The notes under the pieces: generated by a model
Databases searched by the model: none
The model's input: the letters and a program-made list of their open reading frames with translations, nothing else
Told to the model about the DNA's origin: nothing
Translations under genes and position numbers: made by a program
Shown here: piece by piece, positions 12,020-25,491 of the stretch
Numbering within the stretch: the stretch's first letter is position 1
Layout: the number at the start of each line of letters is the position of its first letter
Assembly: GCF_036588685.1 (NCBI RefSeq)
Contig: NC_086380.1
Location: forward strand, 10,341,347-10,405,346
Direction of reading: 5' to 3'
DNA: 64,000 nt
Origin: Mytilus trossulus
Lineage: Eukaryota

Positions 12020-14900
12020 TTATAATAAAGGAGTAGGGGCTATAATGGCCTAAAATGGCCCCAGATTTACAAGATAATTAAAATTCGAACAGAGCAGATT
12101 TTTCTCCATAAATTATTTGAATATGAGTCAATGATTTTAAAAAAATGTTTTTTTCTAACAAAAAAATGTTCAATGACGTCACAATGGTAGGTGCAAATGA
12201 CGTCATAATTGAGAAAATAAGCAAAAATACAGAAATTTGGATGGTTTTTCCAAATTTTGACCACCGCACCATGCTTGCACCAATCAGAAATTTTTAACAT
12301 TTTGACAAGTTCATACATATCAAACTTCAGATAAAATATTTATTTGGTGCAAGGTTGGTGCGATAGTTTATTTTATATTTTTCATAGCCAATCGGAGCAA
12401 TAAAAAGCTGAAATATGCCGTTCAAATTGGACATATTCATCTGACAAAGTTTAGTTTATACATTCTTATGCCTATAGGAACTTTGTTTTTTTGGTTATGA
12501 ATGTAACATGTATTCCTAATATTATTTCCATAAGTATATCTCGGTAAATGTCTTTAAAAAATCCGAAAGCAATAAACTACACGTGTAAGGGAGTCAATAA
12601 CAACTTTGAGAACATTTTTTTTTAATTGTGAAATTTTAGATATAGACCAATATATAACAACATCTGTACATTTCTTATGTTTCTGCTTATTATCAATTCA
12701 AAATCTAGTGTTTGAATGGGGCAATCTTCACTCTCTGGTATTATGGTCGGATCCATGATTTATGTTATGAAAAAGGGGGGGGGGGGGCAAATTAAAAAGA
12801 TTATTTTGCTTAAATTCACATAATTGGCAAGAAATACGAAATTTATTTTGAAAAAGAAACTACCTATATTCCAATTGCATGTGTCTTTGTTGGTAATGCG
12901 CATAAAGTTCTAGAAAATTTGATGGTAAGAGAACAGAAACGGCATATGGTAGACTATCCATATATCCGTACATACATGCATAATATATATAGATATGGTT
13001 ATTTGACCTTCCCATTAATACAAACAAGTGCCTGAAGTCTGTAAGCAACTGGCATGTCTGTTACCTTTTTAAAGGTTATGTTTTGAATAGTTTTATAATC
13101 ATGTGTAAAAATAAAGTGAAATTTTAAAAATGGACCCAGTTTTGTTGTTACGCCCAATTTGTGGGCATTATGTTTTCTGGTCTGTGGTCCATTTGTCTGT
13201 TCATCCGATCGTCCTTGTGTCCCACTTTAGGTTTAAGTTTTCGGTCAAGGTTGTTTATTCTGACATCAGACTCAGACTTCTTTTGAACTAAGTTTTACTG
13301 TGTGTATTGCTGCGTGTTTAATTTTTTTCTTCTTCTGCTAGAGGTAAAGGGAGAGGGGGTTTAAGATCTTAAAATAACATGTGTAAGCTTCCGATTTTTG
13401 CGCCTGTCCCAATTCAGGATTATCTGGCCTTTGTTCATGTTGTTAGTCTTGTGATTTGGGCATCCATGTACTAAAGACACATTCTTGTTTTCAACTATTT
13501 TGATGTATATAAAATAAATATTGTCATGATATTAATCACAGACCAAGTCATACAACACTAAGATTAGTGAAGGCGAAAGATAAACTAGTAAACTTGACAA
13601 AAACTACAATAAAACAAATAATATATATAAGGAATATAGAAACTTTTTAAGAATACAGATTTATTTGAGATAGTATCATGTATCATTTTTTTAATGCTAT
13701 AGAATGATATGGTTATAAATCTGGACGTCTGAAATAGATAATAATAAAAATAAGATGAATTTCGAAAGTCAACCCTGACGATCCTTTACATATGTCTGGA
13801 GGGTTGGGGTTGGGGTTCACTTCAATACTTAATTGATAGGGGTGCTGCTGTTTTGTTACTTCACCATGTTTTACATTTTCAAAATATAAACCCTTTCATA
13901 TATGGCGTAGGAAAAAAAAAATCCTTTTCCCATATCAATTTGGTTTCATGTGGTTTTATGTAAAAGAGGAAAACTTCAGTGCCAAAAGAAAAATATTAGT
14001 TGATAAAGACACAGCAGGAACACCAAACAAGTTGACAGTCAAAGAAGTTATGGGAACTTTAGTGTCCTTATCATATATATATCTGATAGTTTTCTTAACT
14101 TTTTACTTATTTCAAGCTTAAAAGGGTGAACTATTCCAAAGACACGTCATATCACCTTATAAATAAAAGTGCCCCGCCCCCCTTTTCAACCCCAACCCCT
14201 ACCTGAAACATAACTACTGTAATGGAAATACATGGACATTTTAAAACACCCTTTAATGCATGTGTCTGTATCTATTTATTTTAGATAATTGATATTAAGA
14301 TTTCTTAGCGCTAAATATGTGTTCTTGTCTTTATATTATTCTTCTTGTCGCTAATAAGTGAGATGACACCCAGCACTAGATGCACAATCTGTATATATCA
14401 GCAATACCCGGTGTTTTGTTTTGTGTGTTGATGTTTCAATATTGCTTTTCCCCTTAACATTTACTTTGGAGTTTGTTACTTTTTACAATTTGCATCTTAA
14501 ATTGCCTGTCTGTTGCAATATATTTGAAATTAAATCTTGTAAAATAGAAAACAAATTGCAGTTGCCATGGGCACAGATGTGTTGCTAGGAAGAAACAACA
14601 GTGAATTTTGCAAAAATGTGCATTTAATTATGTAATATTTAAATAGTGTACAAGTGTAGAGCTCACTACATGCTTAAAACAGGTATAATTTCAAATATAG
14701 ATCTATTAAAGCTGTATAATAATCATATTTGATGAGTTTAACTCCGCCATTATATTGGTTGCTAGGCAACAGAATAAACGAGCTAGACCTAAAATTCAAC
14801 TATTTTCAGAAGGTCTATGGTATAGACTTACAACATGACAAATTAAATGAAATTTGGGGGTGGGGCCAAAAATGGCCCTTATAGCCCTTACTCCTTTCAC
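12020..14900. repeat. About 2.9-kb region bounded by ~40-bp imperfect inverted repeats, with a nested inner inverted repeat (13800 / 14190, GGGTTGGGGTTGGGG vs CCCCAACCCCAACC). It may be a non-autonomous DNA-transposon remnant just upstream of the PARP4-like gene.
   Basis: ggagtaggggctataatggcctaaaatggccccagattt (12030-12068) pairs with the reverse complement of aaatttgggggtggggccaaaaatggcccttatagcccttactcc (14850-14895). No long ORF lies inside. Confidence 0.35.
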
Positions 14901-15326
14901 CCAAAGTGGTGAGTAATTGAGAAAGGGGTTATATTTAAACATATTATAAAAACATCTTTGCATGAAAAACTCTAGATATCAATGGATATAAGACCAAAGT
15001 GTGGCACGAATTATTTCAAATTTAAATTGAAGAAAAAGTGAGTCTGAACAGATTAGACCATTAGTTTTCCTGTTATACAGTTTTACACTAGTCTTTTTGG
15101 GGCCCGTTATAGTTTGCTGTTCACTGTAAGCCGAGGTTCTATATTGAAGGCTGTACTTTGACCTTTTACAAATTGTGACTTAGATGAAGAGTTATCTCAT
15201 TGGCACTCATACCACATCTTCTTAAGTCTAACGATTTTATTGTGAGAAATAGATTTGTTTTTCATAGTAACTATTTGAAAACAGTTTTCTTCATATATTT
15301 TTCAGGTGTGTAAATAACATCAAGAC

Positions 15327-15464
15327 ATGGGGGAGTTAGGTTTGTTCCACAACAATACAGTTGTGTTACAACTGCCATCATCAATGTCGTTCAAGGAGAA
15401 AATGTCTTGGAAGAAGAAAATTACTGCAAATGGTGGAACTCTGTCATATATTGTAACTAAAAAG
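15327..15464 (+). CDS. PARP4: PARP4-like exon 1 (coding part; exon probably starts at 15307 after acceptor ttttcag, so at least one upstream 5'UTR exon exists). Encodes MGELGLFHNNTVVLQLPSSMSFKEKMSWKKKITANGGTLSYIVTKK (BRCT N-terminus).
   Basis: ATG at 15327 with an in-frame TAA 12 nt upstream. The ORF ends at donor AAAG|GTTAGA. The translation matches the human PARP4 N-terminus (…KKKLQTDIKENGGKFSFSL), recalled from memory. Confidence 0.7.
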
Positions 15465-15730
15465 GTTAGAATTAACTTGAATAATTGTGTTTTCTCAATG
15501 TTTCCTGTTTTTTAAATCAATTTGTTAAATATCCTTTGATATTTCAACAAGTTGTTTTTATATGATCATCAAAAATTTGTATTCGTATAATGCTTTCAAC
15601 ATAATTGCATTGTAATTTGCAAAGATCATGTAACACCCATCAACTATATGAGAACTTTAAAAGAATCTTAATCATGTAGTAGTAGTGTTGCAATCCTCTA
15701 TTTTACAATTATTTTTTGTTTATATTTCAG

Positions 15731-15929
15731 GTATCATTTGTTGTCGTGTTTGAAGATGTAGTTGAGAAGTCAAGTTACAAGATCCGACAATGTCAGAGAT
15801 ATCACATTCCCTTGGTTCAGAGCCTGTACATTGATGACTGCATGTCACAGAATAAACTTCTTACAAAAATAAAATACATAGTCAGCGGACTACCAGAGAA
15901 TGATAACTTCAAGAAAGGAAAGATAGTTG
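15731..15929 (+). CDS. PARP4: PARP4-like exon 2 (BRCT): VSFVVVFEDVVEKSSYKIRQCQRYHIPLVQSLYIDDCMSQNKLLTKIKYIVSGLPENDNFKKGKIV; ends in phase 1.
   Basis: Acceptor tttatatttcag| and donor G|GTATGT. The open frame is similar to human THIILDNADVLSQYQLNSIQKNHVHIANPDFIWKSIREKRLL. Confidence 0.75.
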
Positions 15930-16394
15930 GTATGTTGTAGGATGTTTGTGTTGGTTTGTCATGTTAAAAACCAAATTAAACAAGATTATACGTTCAGGCA
16001 ATTCAGTTATGTTTATTACATGAATTTTGAATAAGATATGACTTGAGAACTTTAAGCTGTCTGTGGTAAAGAAAAATGTTTATTTTATGTTTTTGGGTCT
16101 TTCTGTTTGTTTGTCTGTTCATTTGTCCAATTGACCTGCTTAAGGTTAAAGTTTTTGACCAAGGTAGTTTTTGGTATGAATTTGAAGTCAAATCAACTTA
16201 AAACTTATTACACATGTTCCCCATGGAATGATCTTTCTAATTTTAATGCCAAATTAGAGTTTTACCCCCAATTTCATGGTCAACTAAACATAGAAATGGA
16301 TAGGGTATCCTGTACTATGTTTCAACGTTGAAAGACGATTCAAACAGTCTAACATGTTAAAATAATAAAAAAAATTATACTTGTTGTTTACACC

Positions 16395-16595
16395 TATTTA
16401 TGAGGAAGGTCAGAGGGGTCCTGATCCTGACATCCTGAGCTTAAAAACATGAAATCCTGAGGTCCTGAATTTAAAGTCATTTAAATCCTGGCATTCTGAA
16501 ATTTGAAACAAGAATTCCCTGATCCTGAAATCCTGAATTTAAAAACACCCGATCCTGATGTCTCGAAAAAAGGTCTTGCCCCCCTCATTTATTGA
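16395..16595 (+). repeat. Dispersed repeat with TCCTGA-rich core (…gatcctgaaatcctgaatttaaaaacacccgatcctga…); copy in intron 2.
   Basis: Similar copies lie at 49035-49215 (+) and 63605-63790 (reverse complement). Confidence 0.55.
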
Positions 16596-17164
16596 TTTTC
16601 AGATAAAGCATTTAATAACAGTATAAAAACCAACATAGAAATTAATATACCGATGAACTCAAAATCATTTATAAAATAAACTTTATATCCAACAGTTGCT
16701 CTTGCACATTACCTTGTTCCTGCTCTAATGCTGAACACCTTTTATAAATCATAAGAGTTCTCTTAAATAGGTATTTCTGGAATCATGTCTTTCACTGGAA
16801 AAGACGCGCCTGTATCCCTGCTCTATTAAAAGTTTGCAGCACTTTCATAATCGTCATTCTGTATGGTAGTATAGAAATAATTAATGTTCTGCAAGTACAT
16901 TATCGGGATTTTCGTATGACTGAGGGAGGGTGACCATCATTTCAGATTTAAATTTCCAAAATATTTTGTGCAGTATAAAATAAAACTTTTTCACCCGTTT
17001 GCTCAACATGTGTTGGAAATTTCTATGCATACATTTTTGTCACAAGGTGACAGAAGTCAGATGACCAATTCGTCTGAAAACCATATCCCTGAACTGGCAT
17101 ATTGAATTTGTTATACAGACTTTGTTTCCTGTTCTGGGTAACACCTCATCTTATATTATTTCAG

Positions 17165-17310
17165 GTAAAAATCCACAAGGTTTGATCAAAAGAAAAAAGA
17201 AAAAGGTACAAGTTAACCTAAATAACATGAAATGTTGGACATATACAGATCCAGGGGCTCCCTATGATCCAGATATTCCTTATGTCCTAGCTAAATGGTG
17301 TTTACTAAAG
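17165..17310 (+). CDS. PARP4: PARP4-like exon 3: (G)KNPQGLIKRKKKKVQVNLNNMKCWTYTDPGAPYDPDIPYVLAKWCLLK.
   Basis: Acceptor ttatttcag| and donor AAAG|GTATGT. The phase is continuous with exon 2. The C-terminal part aligns to human VEIPHLPQDFEVAKYNTLEK. Confidence 0.75.
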
Positions 17311-17345
17311 GTATGTACCAGTAATGAGTATACATTGCAGTGTTC

Positions 17346-18950
17346 TCCCCAGGATTTTTGAATAGCGCTGTGGTAAGCGCGTGATTTTCCAAAATTCTCA
17401 GTAACTTTGTCGCGTCGCGCGGTTGGTTTGTAATTGATTTTTTATGTGTTTTTCCTATATTATGCTATTGATGTTTTCTCTTGTAATGATGTCCTCATCA
17501 TGCTCATGGAAGTTACCCCTTTGTTTGCTAATGTTATTGTCTGGATATAGACATGAAGGAAGAAAAGTCTTTTTTTTCTCCATTGTAAATTCATATAATC
17601 CTCATATTATTATCTGTTTGTAAAACCCAAGGAGAAGTCTTTTCCATGATGGGTCTATACCAAACTGCCTATGTGAAGATTTCTTATCACTAACAGGTGA
17701 TGTTGCAGAACATGTTTTGTAGGACCAACAATAAAGTCATTGTCAGCTTCTGTTAGAAAGTTTTCAATGACAAGATTGGTATTTTTTACATTCACTTTTA
17801 TTAACATTTCTAGAAAAGTGCAACTTTGCAATTAAAATGAGTATAGTATTTCAAAGGAAGAAATGAACTTGCCCTTTCAATAATATTCAATTGTATCAAA
17901 GATTTGCTTAAATAAGGCTAAAATATTTCAATATGAATGAATATAACATATGTATGAAAGAAATCCTATAAAAATATTTTAAAGAGATTTTTTATTTTAA
18001 AGGTAAATTACCAACCAAATACATTATGTATTCCAATTGAAGCAATTACCACCTTTAGAGGTTGTGGTTGATAATTCTATAAACATTTGAATATGTGTCA
18101 ACAGAAAAGTTTGTCAAGATTTGACAATACTTCTTTTAGGTCTTTCCCACCCAAATTATCTCCCTTACTAGCTGACACAACTTCCTGTTTACACTTGTGG
18201 CCTTTTTAGCATTAAATACTATTCCTAATCCAAGCCATCCTCTGTTTACATTAAATTTAAAGCAATATTTGAATAATATATATTGATGATTGGTTGACAA
18301 ATATCGATATTTCATATATATTTATAAAAAAAAATCGTTTTGTTTAATATTCCCTTATCCATTTGAAAAAGAGCCAAGATGGACGAGGAATCGTAAAATA
18401 CGGGCTTATAATGAATCCCTTGATAACAGGGTTGCTTCCATCAAGCAATCCAGGTTCGACAGTTCGGTTGTAAACGCGAAAAAGTAATGATATAATCCTA
18501 GATGGTTCAAGCAATGGTCGAAACCACGTTGTCAGAGAAGGGGTAACACTTCCCTTATATAATTTAGAAATTAACTTTTTAGCACCCGAGACATGCATTA
18601 AATGTCTCTCCATTCCTTTCATAAGTTTCGTTATCTTTAAAAGCGAAAAACTCGAGGAAGGAAAGGTTTATTTGGCAGTAAAAGGTTGGCAAATGGCGCC
18701 ATTTTGATCATTTATTGAACTGGTCCCTACGATATTTGACATCGTTGGGTAAATTAACGATCTCTCGGATAAATAAACCAGTCGATCACGTGATCGGAAT
18801 GTGTACAAAATACTACAGGATGTTTGAAATTCAAAAACAATAGCGCTGATTTTTTATTGGATAGCACCGCGGTCTGCCCAAATACCACCGCGGAGAATTC
18901 AAATAGCGCTGAACATCGCAGCGCTAAAACGGCCTGGGGAGAACACTGCA
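17346..18950. mobile_element. About 1.6-kb non-autonomous TIR element in intron 3, starting 35 bp after the exon 3 donor.
   Basis: 18-bp perfect terminal inverted repeat tgcagtgttctccccagg (17346-17363) and cctggggagaacactgca (18933-18950). Subterminal AATAGCGCTG motifs occur at both ends, flanked by CATTG on both sides. No transposase ORF is present. Confidence 0.55.
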
Positions 18951-21510
18951 TTGCTTACATTATATGTTTAAAATGGCAATTATTTAGTCAAATTAATAAA
19001 TATTCAATATATTCAATTGTGTAATCATTTTTGGGATACGATTGCTGTCAAGCAATCTGTAGACTTTTACCGTTGACCCTATGATACACTCCCTCACGTC
19101 ATTCGTTTTATTCTAAACATTCAGCAACATCTCAGATTCTTATGATTGTCTTGCTTTAAAAGGTAAAAACAAGCAAAACAATTGAACATAAACAACTTTC
19201 CTGTAATATTTTACTCATAATCTTCAGGTGTGATATTTTCCTTGACTTATATGCGTGTTTTTAACAATACGGAAAATCAGAATTAAACAGTATTTATATT
19301 TAGTGTTTTTATAAATTTAGAAACACGTCAGAGGGAATTCCCAAATTTTGATAACTTGCGAGAGTTCTCTAAAAGCCGATCGATAATTCTATTTCTGTCA
19401 CAAGAACTGAAGTGGAGTATTTCTATATTTTACCGTTATGAAACTGATATTTGATACTGTACTCTCATAAAGAAATGGAGAACCATTCATCATATCATTT
19501 AATAAACGTTCTTGTTCCAAATCGCAAGTCGCGGTTTGTTTATGTATTAATGCCCATGTGTGGTCTCAATAATTAGAGACAAAAAGAATTGTAGAGACAA
19601 AAAGCGTGGAGAAGTGACAAGAAGAATAATATTAGCAACAAGAAACTATTTAGCGACAAGAAAACATTTTTTATTTATATTACTTATTCGAAATAAATAT
19701 TAAAAAAATATGCAAAAGAAAACAATTTCAACGACAGGAAAGTTAATCTTAAAATGAAACTTGTAAATCTAATTCAGTTGCTACATTTATTTACATGATA
19801 TTTTATAAGGTATCACAGGAAGTATTACCTTTACCCTGTTGTTTTATGGTATTACTTTTACTTGTGTTTTAGAACAATAATATATTTTGTCTTTTTATTT
19901 GTTTTTAAAACTATTTTTGTACAATATTTAATTAACTTGCAAAATGCATTATTTGTGCATAATTGTCCAGAAAATACATACACAAATTGTGAAATACAAA
20001 TTAAGAACTGAAATCAAACAAGAGGAAAACATAATTAAAATGTGAATATTTTTCATCATTTTATTTAGTGTATTGTCTCATTTAACGATATTTATCATGT
20101 TTATGCATATATATTGAAGATTAAAGGAAACTGATGACAATCTTGAGTTTTCAACAGGTGTTCACTATTCGGTACAATAATTGTATATTCTGGTGCGTGT
20201 AATTGATGAAGGTGTTAATGGATGTTATTGTAGCAATTAAACAAAGGACACGCACCTAGTTTCTCATTTGATGCTCTTAATTTTGTACTACCTTAGAGTA
20301 AAGCCACAGCTAATGTTGGTCCTATCAGGAAAAATTAATTGTACAGTTAGGAAGGAAATAATATTTCATGTTTTTGTTTTATTAAATCCTTCAAAAGGAA
20401 GGTGACAAATCCTTGTTTTTGGAAAATGACGCAGTCATTGTTCCATAACTGCCGACCTGAACTTCATTACATTTCTCTGCCTACCGCGCTTGGTTTCGTA
20501 TTTCCTATTTTCCATACAAACTGGAATCTGCTTGTGTTATCATTATGCATCATTGTGTAGTATTAAATCAGCCAGGACCCAGTTTACACTGGTTTTTGCT
20601 TGTATTCCACTACTCTCGAACAAAGTGTTGTAGTTTGACGGGAACCAGTTTTAGAATTTGTAAACTACAAAACGTAATCGGTTATTGTTCATTCCGTTTT
20701 GGTGTTTCATACCGACTTATATGGTTTGAATAAGCTTAAGACCCTTCAAACATTAACGTGATAGGTATATTAAAGATTGTTTTACAAAAGGATTGAACTG
20801 TTTTACTTTCAAAGTCGTACTATAGGGATATCTGTCATATACGGATTTCCACTCTCACCGGTTAATTTCTTCTTTTACACGTGCTTTGGAAACTTCCTGT
20901 TTAATCGCAAGTTTTAAAATGTTTTTGCGTGAATTAAACTTATTTTAACAATCATGAAGCGTTCCTGAATCATTTTAAAGCAGTTTCTTCTTCTCTTTGA
21001 TGATGGAAAATAGGTTTTCTCAAGAAAATACCGCAAACGATCGCAGAGGAATTGAAACGTACAAGTCAAGTCGGCACCTGGTTAAATTGGCATCTAGTCA
21101 AATCGGCACCTATTCGACGTCAATTCGGCATCCAATAATATTTGTTATAATATTTTCTATTCAATTAATTAATTACTGTTACCAAGTACATAGTGAATAT
21201 GTTGTTGTGTATTTTGGTAAACCACGAAACGAAAGTGAATATGTAGTGTATAAAGGTAAACAACGAAGCCCTTACCAAAGCTGTTGTTTTAACAATTAGA
21301 CAATTTGTGTAATTGTAAAAACAAGTCAATTATTAAAATAAAATGGAAAACTATGAGTCTCTTTCAATAAATCAAACTTGCATGCCAAATAATTAGCAAA
21401 TTTAAGGTGTTTGTTTTTCAGTAAAGTTTAAACAGCATTAAACCAACAATCCTGTAAAATGCTCAACTGGTTAAAATAATGCAGAAAAATACACAATATC
21501 TCATGTATAA

Positions 21511-21683
21511 GTCCAAATAATTATGACGTCTGGCAAGGCTATTTTATTATTTTTCTGGGACGCCTTCCTACGACGTTCGTAGGAAGGCGTCCCAGAAAAA
21601 AATTAACATAGCCTTTTCGGTCATAGGAAGGTGTTCCAGAATAAAATTAAAAAAGCCTTGCCAGACGTAATAATTATTTGGAC
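21511..21683. mobile_element. MITE (~170 bp) with ~30-bp TIRs.
   Basis: gtccaaataattatgacgtctggcaaggct (21511-21540) and agccttgccagacgtaataattatttggac (21654-21683). There is an internal palindrome gggacgccttcctacgacgttcgtaggaaggcgtccc. Confidence 0.65.
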
Positions 21684-22084
21684 TACTCATATATATATAT
21701 ATATATCATTAAAAATACACCAAAAAAGTCATTAGTTGAGAAAAATAAATATATACAAAATGTACATGAACACCCAAAAATGTGAAAGTTAGTATTTAAC
21801 TCTTTTTGCTTAAATGCTTAAAAAAATTCTGGCAACCCCTTTCTTATTTTTTACCCTATTGCTTAAAATACTGTTAAAAATATATATTTAACATGGGTGA
21901 CGAATTGACTATATCAGGTGTGGATTTTAACCAAGTGCTGATTTGTCCAGGTGCCAATTTAACTAGGTGCCAGTTTGACTAGAATTCTTTGACAAATGTT
22001 TGAAACTATCTGAGTTTCATTAGACCTTTGATAGCAGTAAAAAAAAGATTATTTACTTAATATTTTGTGGGAGAAGGGAGTTCA

Positions 22085-22835
22085 GACTGTGTGGTATCAG
22101 GTCTGTTTGTGCCCAATACATTTTCGCACCCTACACGTTCGCACATTCACACTCTACTCATTCGCGCCCAATTTTAATTCAAATTCAAGTTGAATAATTG
22201 GAAAATCATGGTTTTTGTTTTAAATTGCTTTTGGTGTAAATACTGAATGTATTTATAGCTTGGTATGAGTAAAACATTGAAGATTTTAAAGGAAAAATCA
22301 CAAAAGATAATTGTTTTTAACAGCTTGGTCCCATTGATCTGAAACAACGAAACAATAAAACATAGAAACCAAAATATAGCAATCCACTAATATAACCAAA
22401 ACATGATAAAATTTATTCAACACGCAGAAACAAACATAGTCAGAATCTCACTTCATTTTGAAAACAAGTCAATGAAACAAGTTATAGCAATACACTAACC
22501 AAAACATGATTAAGAGTTATTCAACACAAAATAAAACGTTGACAAAATACCACTTTATTTAGAAAGGATTATTATTATTTTAAGCAATACCTTATCCAAA
22601 ACATGATTAAGATTTATTCAACACAAAAAAAATTATTGCTGTCTCACTTTATTTTGAGACAATGACAACAATTATACTTATAAGAAAACACTTGCTTACA
22701 GAGTTATTAAACACAAAACCAATTAAGATTGGGTGCGAACATGTAGGGTGTGAAAGTGAAAGGGGTGAAAATGAGTGGGCGCAAACGTGAATGGAAGCGA
22801 ACGGACCCAGATTCAGACTATGTACTAGTGAGAAA
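22085..22835. mobile_element. MITE-like element with ~80-bp TIRs and an internal array of ~60-bp tandem repeats (22380-22660).
   Basis: cgcaccctacacgttcgcacattcacactc (22125-) pairs with gtgcgaacatgtagggtgtgaaagtg (22730-). Internal repeats are taaccaaaacatgattaa.atttattcaacac…. Confidence 0.55.
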
Positions 22836-25395
22836 TATACAAGCCTTTCTACGGTATTTATTTGTACAATTCAGCTAGTCTTGACCTATTCATTTGTCTT
22901 AAAAAACCAGCCAGTTGTCACCTTTACTTCACACATACACACATATACGAATATCAATTATATGCTCACGATACATGTTGCATTGTTAAACTAATTACGG
23001 TATGTGAAAATCAAGATTTGCATAAAAACTATCCCAATATTAGAGACAGTGGCGTCATTTTTCTTCAGAGCTTTCACCTCTTTGATTATTTTCATTTTAT
23101 AGTGTTTACATTTCCTTTGCTCTTACACATGTTTAATTTCTTCATCTATCAATATGATAATTAAAAGTACACAATCTCTTCCTCGAATTTTTTTTATTTC
23201 TTCATCTTTCAATATAATCCTAAAAAATTATTTTGATGTATGTCATAACAAAATGTATTCTTGTCGCTAAATAGCTTCTTGTTGCTTTTTGTCACTAATT
23301 TTTTTTCTTCTTGTCGCTTCTTGACGCTTTTTGTCGCTAATTAGTGAGACCCCACATGCGTGTAGTTTTCCTGATTTCAAGGGGTATCAGATTGAGTGAT
23401 TCCCCTCTTCATTGATTAATTTGAAACTCATGGGATTCTTTCTATGTCTGTCTGCATATGGAGGGCTATTGTTGTTGCATAATTTTAAATCATATGCATA
23501 ATTTAAATTAAAATAAATGTTTCATCGTAAAAATTACCTATAACACCCCTTCAGCAGAAATGGAATCTTCCATATTATCGTTTTTGAGTTGTCTCCCTTT
23601 TCGAAGTATTCATCAAGAAGAATTAACTCGTTAATGCCGATAAACGTCGTATTATATTAAGAACGATCTCAATGTTAACAGAGGAGTGTGTACGGAAAGG
23701 AGTCATGCCCTCTGACCCAAAGGAACTTCAATAATTAAAGAGTAAGAAATGGGGTTCCTCCTAAACTGGTCCGCCGTTCTATATATAGATTCGCACCGAA
23801 GGTCAGTGTAGCGATAAGTGAACACAACAGGGGTCCAGTTTAGGGTTCCTCATAGAATTACGGTGATAAGATACAGAAGCAAGTTAACTCGTACCACGGC
23901 ATTAGAACCAAAAAAGTTAACTTGTACTACTGGGAAGTCGTACCATTCAGAAAAATATATTAAAAAATATGATGTTTTATGGGTTTCTTAATAGAAATAA
24001 AGTTGAATTACTTGAATTTTAAACAGGAGTTAAATGAAAACTTAGACAAAAATAAAGAATGTTTTAAAGCATTAATGTTTTAACTGATCTTTCAAACTAG
24101 AACATAGGCGGACCCAGCCCCCCCCCCTTTTTCTTGGAAAAATTTGGTTGATTATAAAGGGAATCATTGAAGCATGACTAGAGCGGGCCCCCTCTTAGGT
24201 CAGTCAGTGGGCTCCCCCTTAGGAAAAGTTCTGGATCCGCCACTGTAGAACTTAATCCAGAGGAAAGTTAAAACATTGCTTTAACTGTACCTTATTAAAA
24301 TTGAACATGTTGAATATATATATATCCAATTTAAGTTAATTAAAGCTGTAATCCATGATCACAAATTGAATGCTATGTTTACAATTGTTGAAAGCCATGT
24401 GCTTTTTTTGCGGGGGAAATGCGGACCCCCTTAACAGGAATCAGTTACATTTCTTTGTTATTGATAGACAGTAAAAATAATTTTGGCAATCATTTTGACA
24501 AACTGCTAAGATTTAATTATTCATGAAAAATTTTCTTCGTGTGAAACTGTTTATACTTTAATTATCTACATCTGCCACAGTATTCAAATAAGTTGGTACG
24601 AGTTAGCAATGGTACGAGTCTGCATTGGTACAAGGTTTTTTTAGTGGTACGAGTTTACAATGGTACAGGATAACTATAATTCGATAAAACACAATAAGTA
24701 CATGGCTCATACACTTGTAACGGGGATTGGCTATTCTTTAAGTTGAGTGACTATTCAGATTGTTACATTTTGCATGTGCAGTTGAATTAGTTTAGAGAAT
24801 AATACTATCCAGCTATACCAGGGTTACTGGCCAAAAATGCTTGAGACTCACGCATGTTCATGCTTTTTTGCGGCAGTATTCTTGGATCTATTTTTTTCCT
24901 CTTTGATCTTTTCAATTTTGGCCAAATCTCATGCATTTGTTTAATGAAAATTTGGCAGAACTGCTATACATGTGTCAATGAAAACTATGGCAATCGTATC
25001 CCTCAGAGCATTCTGCTCTTTGATTTTAAGTTTTTAAGTGTTTTACAAGTTTTTATTGCTGTTATCTGATGTACAGTAAGCTAAGGGTGGTTTAATAAAG
25101 TTTTTTAAGTTAGAATAGCATAGTACTGGAAATTGAAAAATATTGAAAATTTTACATGACGTTTAATTTGATTATAAATAACAGTGATTTACATACTACC
25201 CTTAAGCAAATGTTAAGACTGATTGACAAAATGAACAACCAACACATCACTGAGAAAGTTGAGGAAAAAAGGTAAAATTAAATTTACATAAAGCAAAATT
25301 TACTGATTTATAAATATAACTATTATTATTTTTAAAAGTAGAAGAATAGGGTTATATGAATGAAGGCCATTATAATTAATGCATTATCTTCACAG

Positions 25396-25491
25396 AACAA
25401 AAATAAAGTACAGATATTGGAGATCCATGTATTAACTGAGGAAGATGTGTTTAGACTTCACAGTCAGGCAGGATCTGTTGATGAGCAGAAG
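25396..25491 (+). CDS. PARP4: PARP4-like exon 4: NKNKVQILEIHVLTEEDVFRLHSQAGSVDEQK (BRCT-to-PARP linker).
   Basis: Strong acceptor ttatcttcacag| and donor AAG|GTGAGA. It is 96 nt in phase 0. The residue count between conserved blocks matches human PARP4, but similarity is weak. Confidence 0.55.

Larger units (their letters stand above)
19554..23358. mobile_element. About 3.8-kb composite region bounded by inverted copies of a terminal sequence (…ttcttgtcgctaa(t/a)tagtgagacc(c)cacatg). It carries nested MITEs and no transposase ORF.
   Basis: catgtgtggtctcaataattagagacaaaaag… (19554-19680) is the reverse complement of …ctttttgtcgctaattagtgagaccccacatg (23250-23358). A third solo copy of the terminus lies at 14335-14380. 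Confidence 0.4.

Noticed and set aside
14500-14600. Possible X-box/RFX-like palindrome (gttgccatgggcac) upstream of the gene as a promoter element
   Set aside because: It does not fit the RGYAAC half-site well, and a single occurrence cannot be distinguished from chance.
18344-18622. 92-aa minus-strand ORF inside the intron-3 TIR element
   Set aside because: It has no recognisable transposase or other motifs, and it is too short and isolated to call.
20997-21299. 100-aa ORF (MMMENRFSQENTANDRRGIETYKSSRHLVKLASSQIGTY…)
   Set aside because: It contains tandem caa(a/t)tcggcacct repeats, lies inside a TIR-bounded composite element, and has no homology or splice context.
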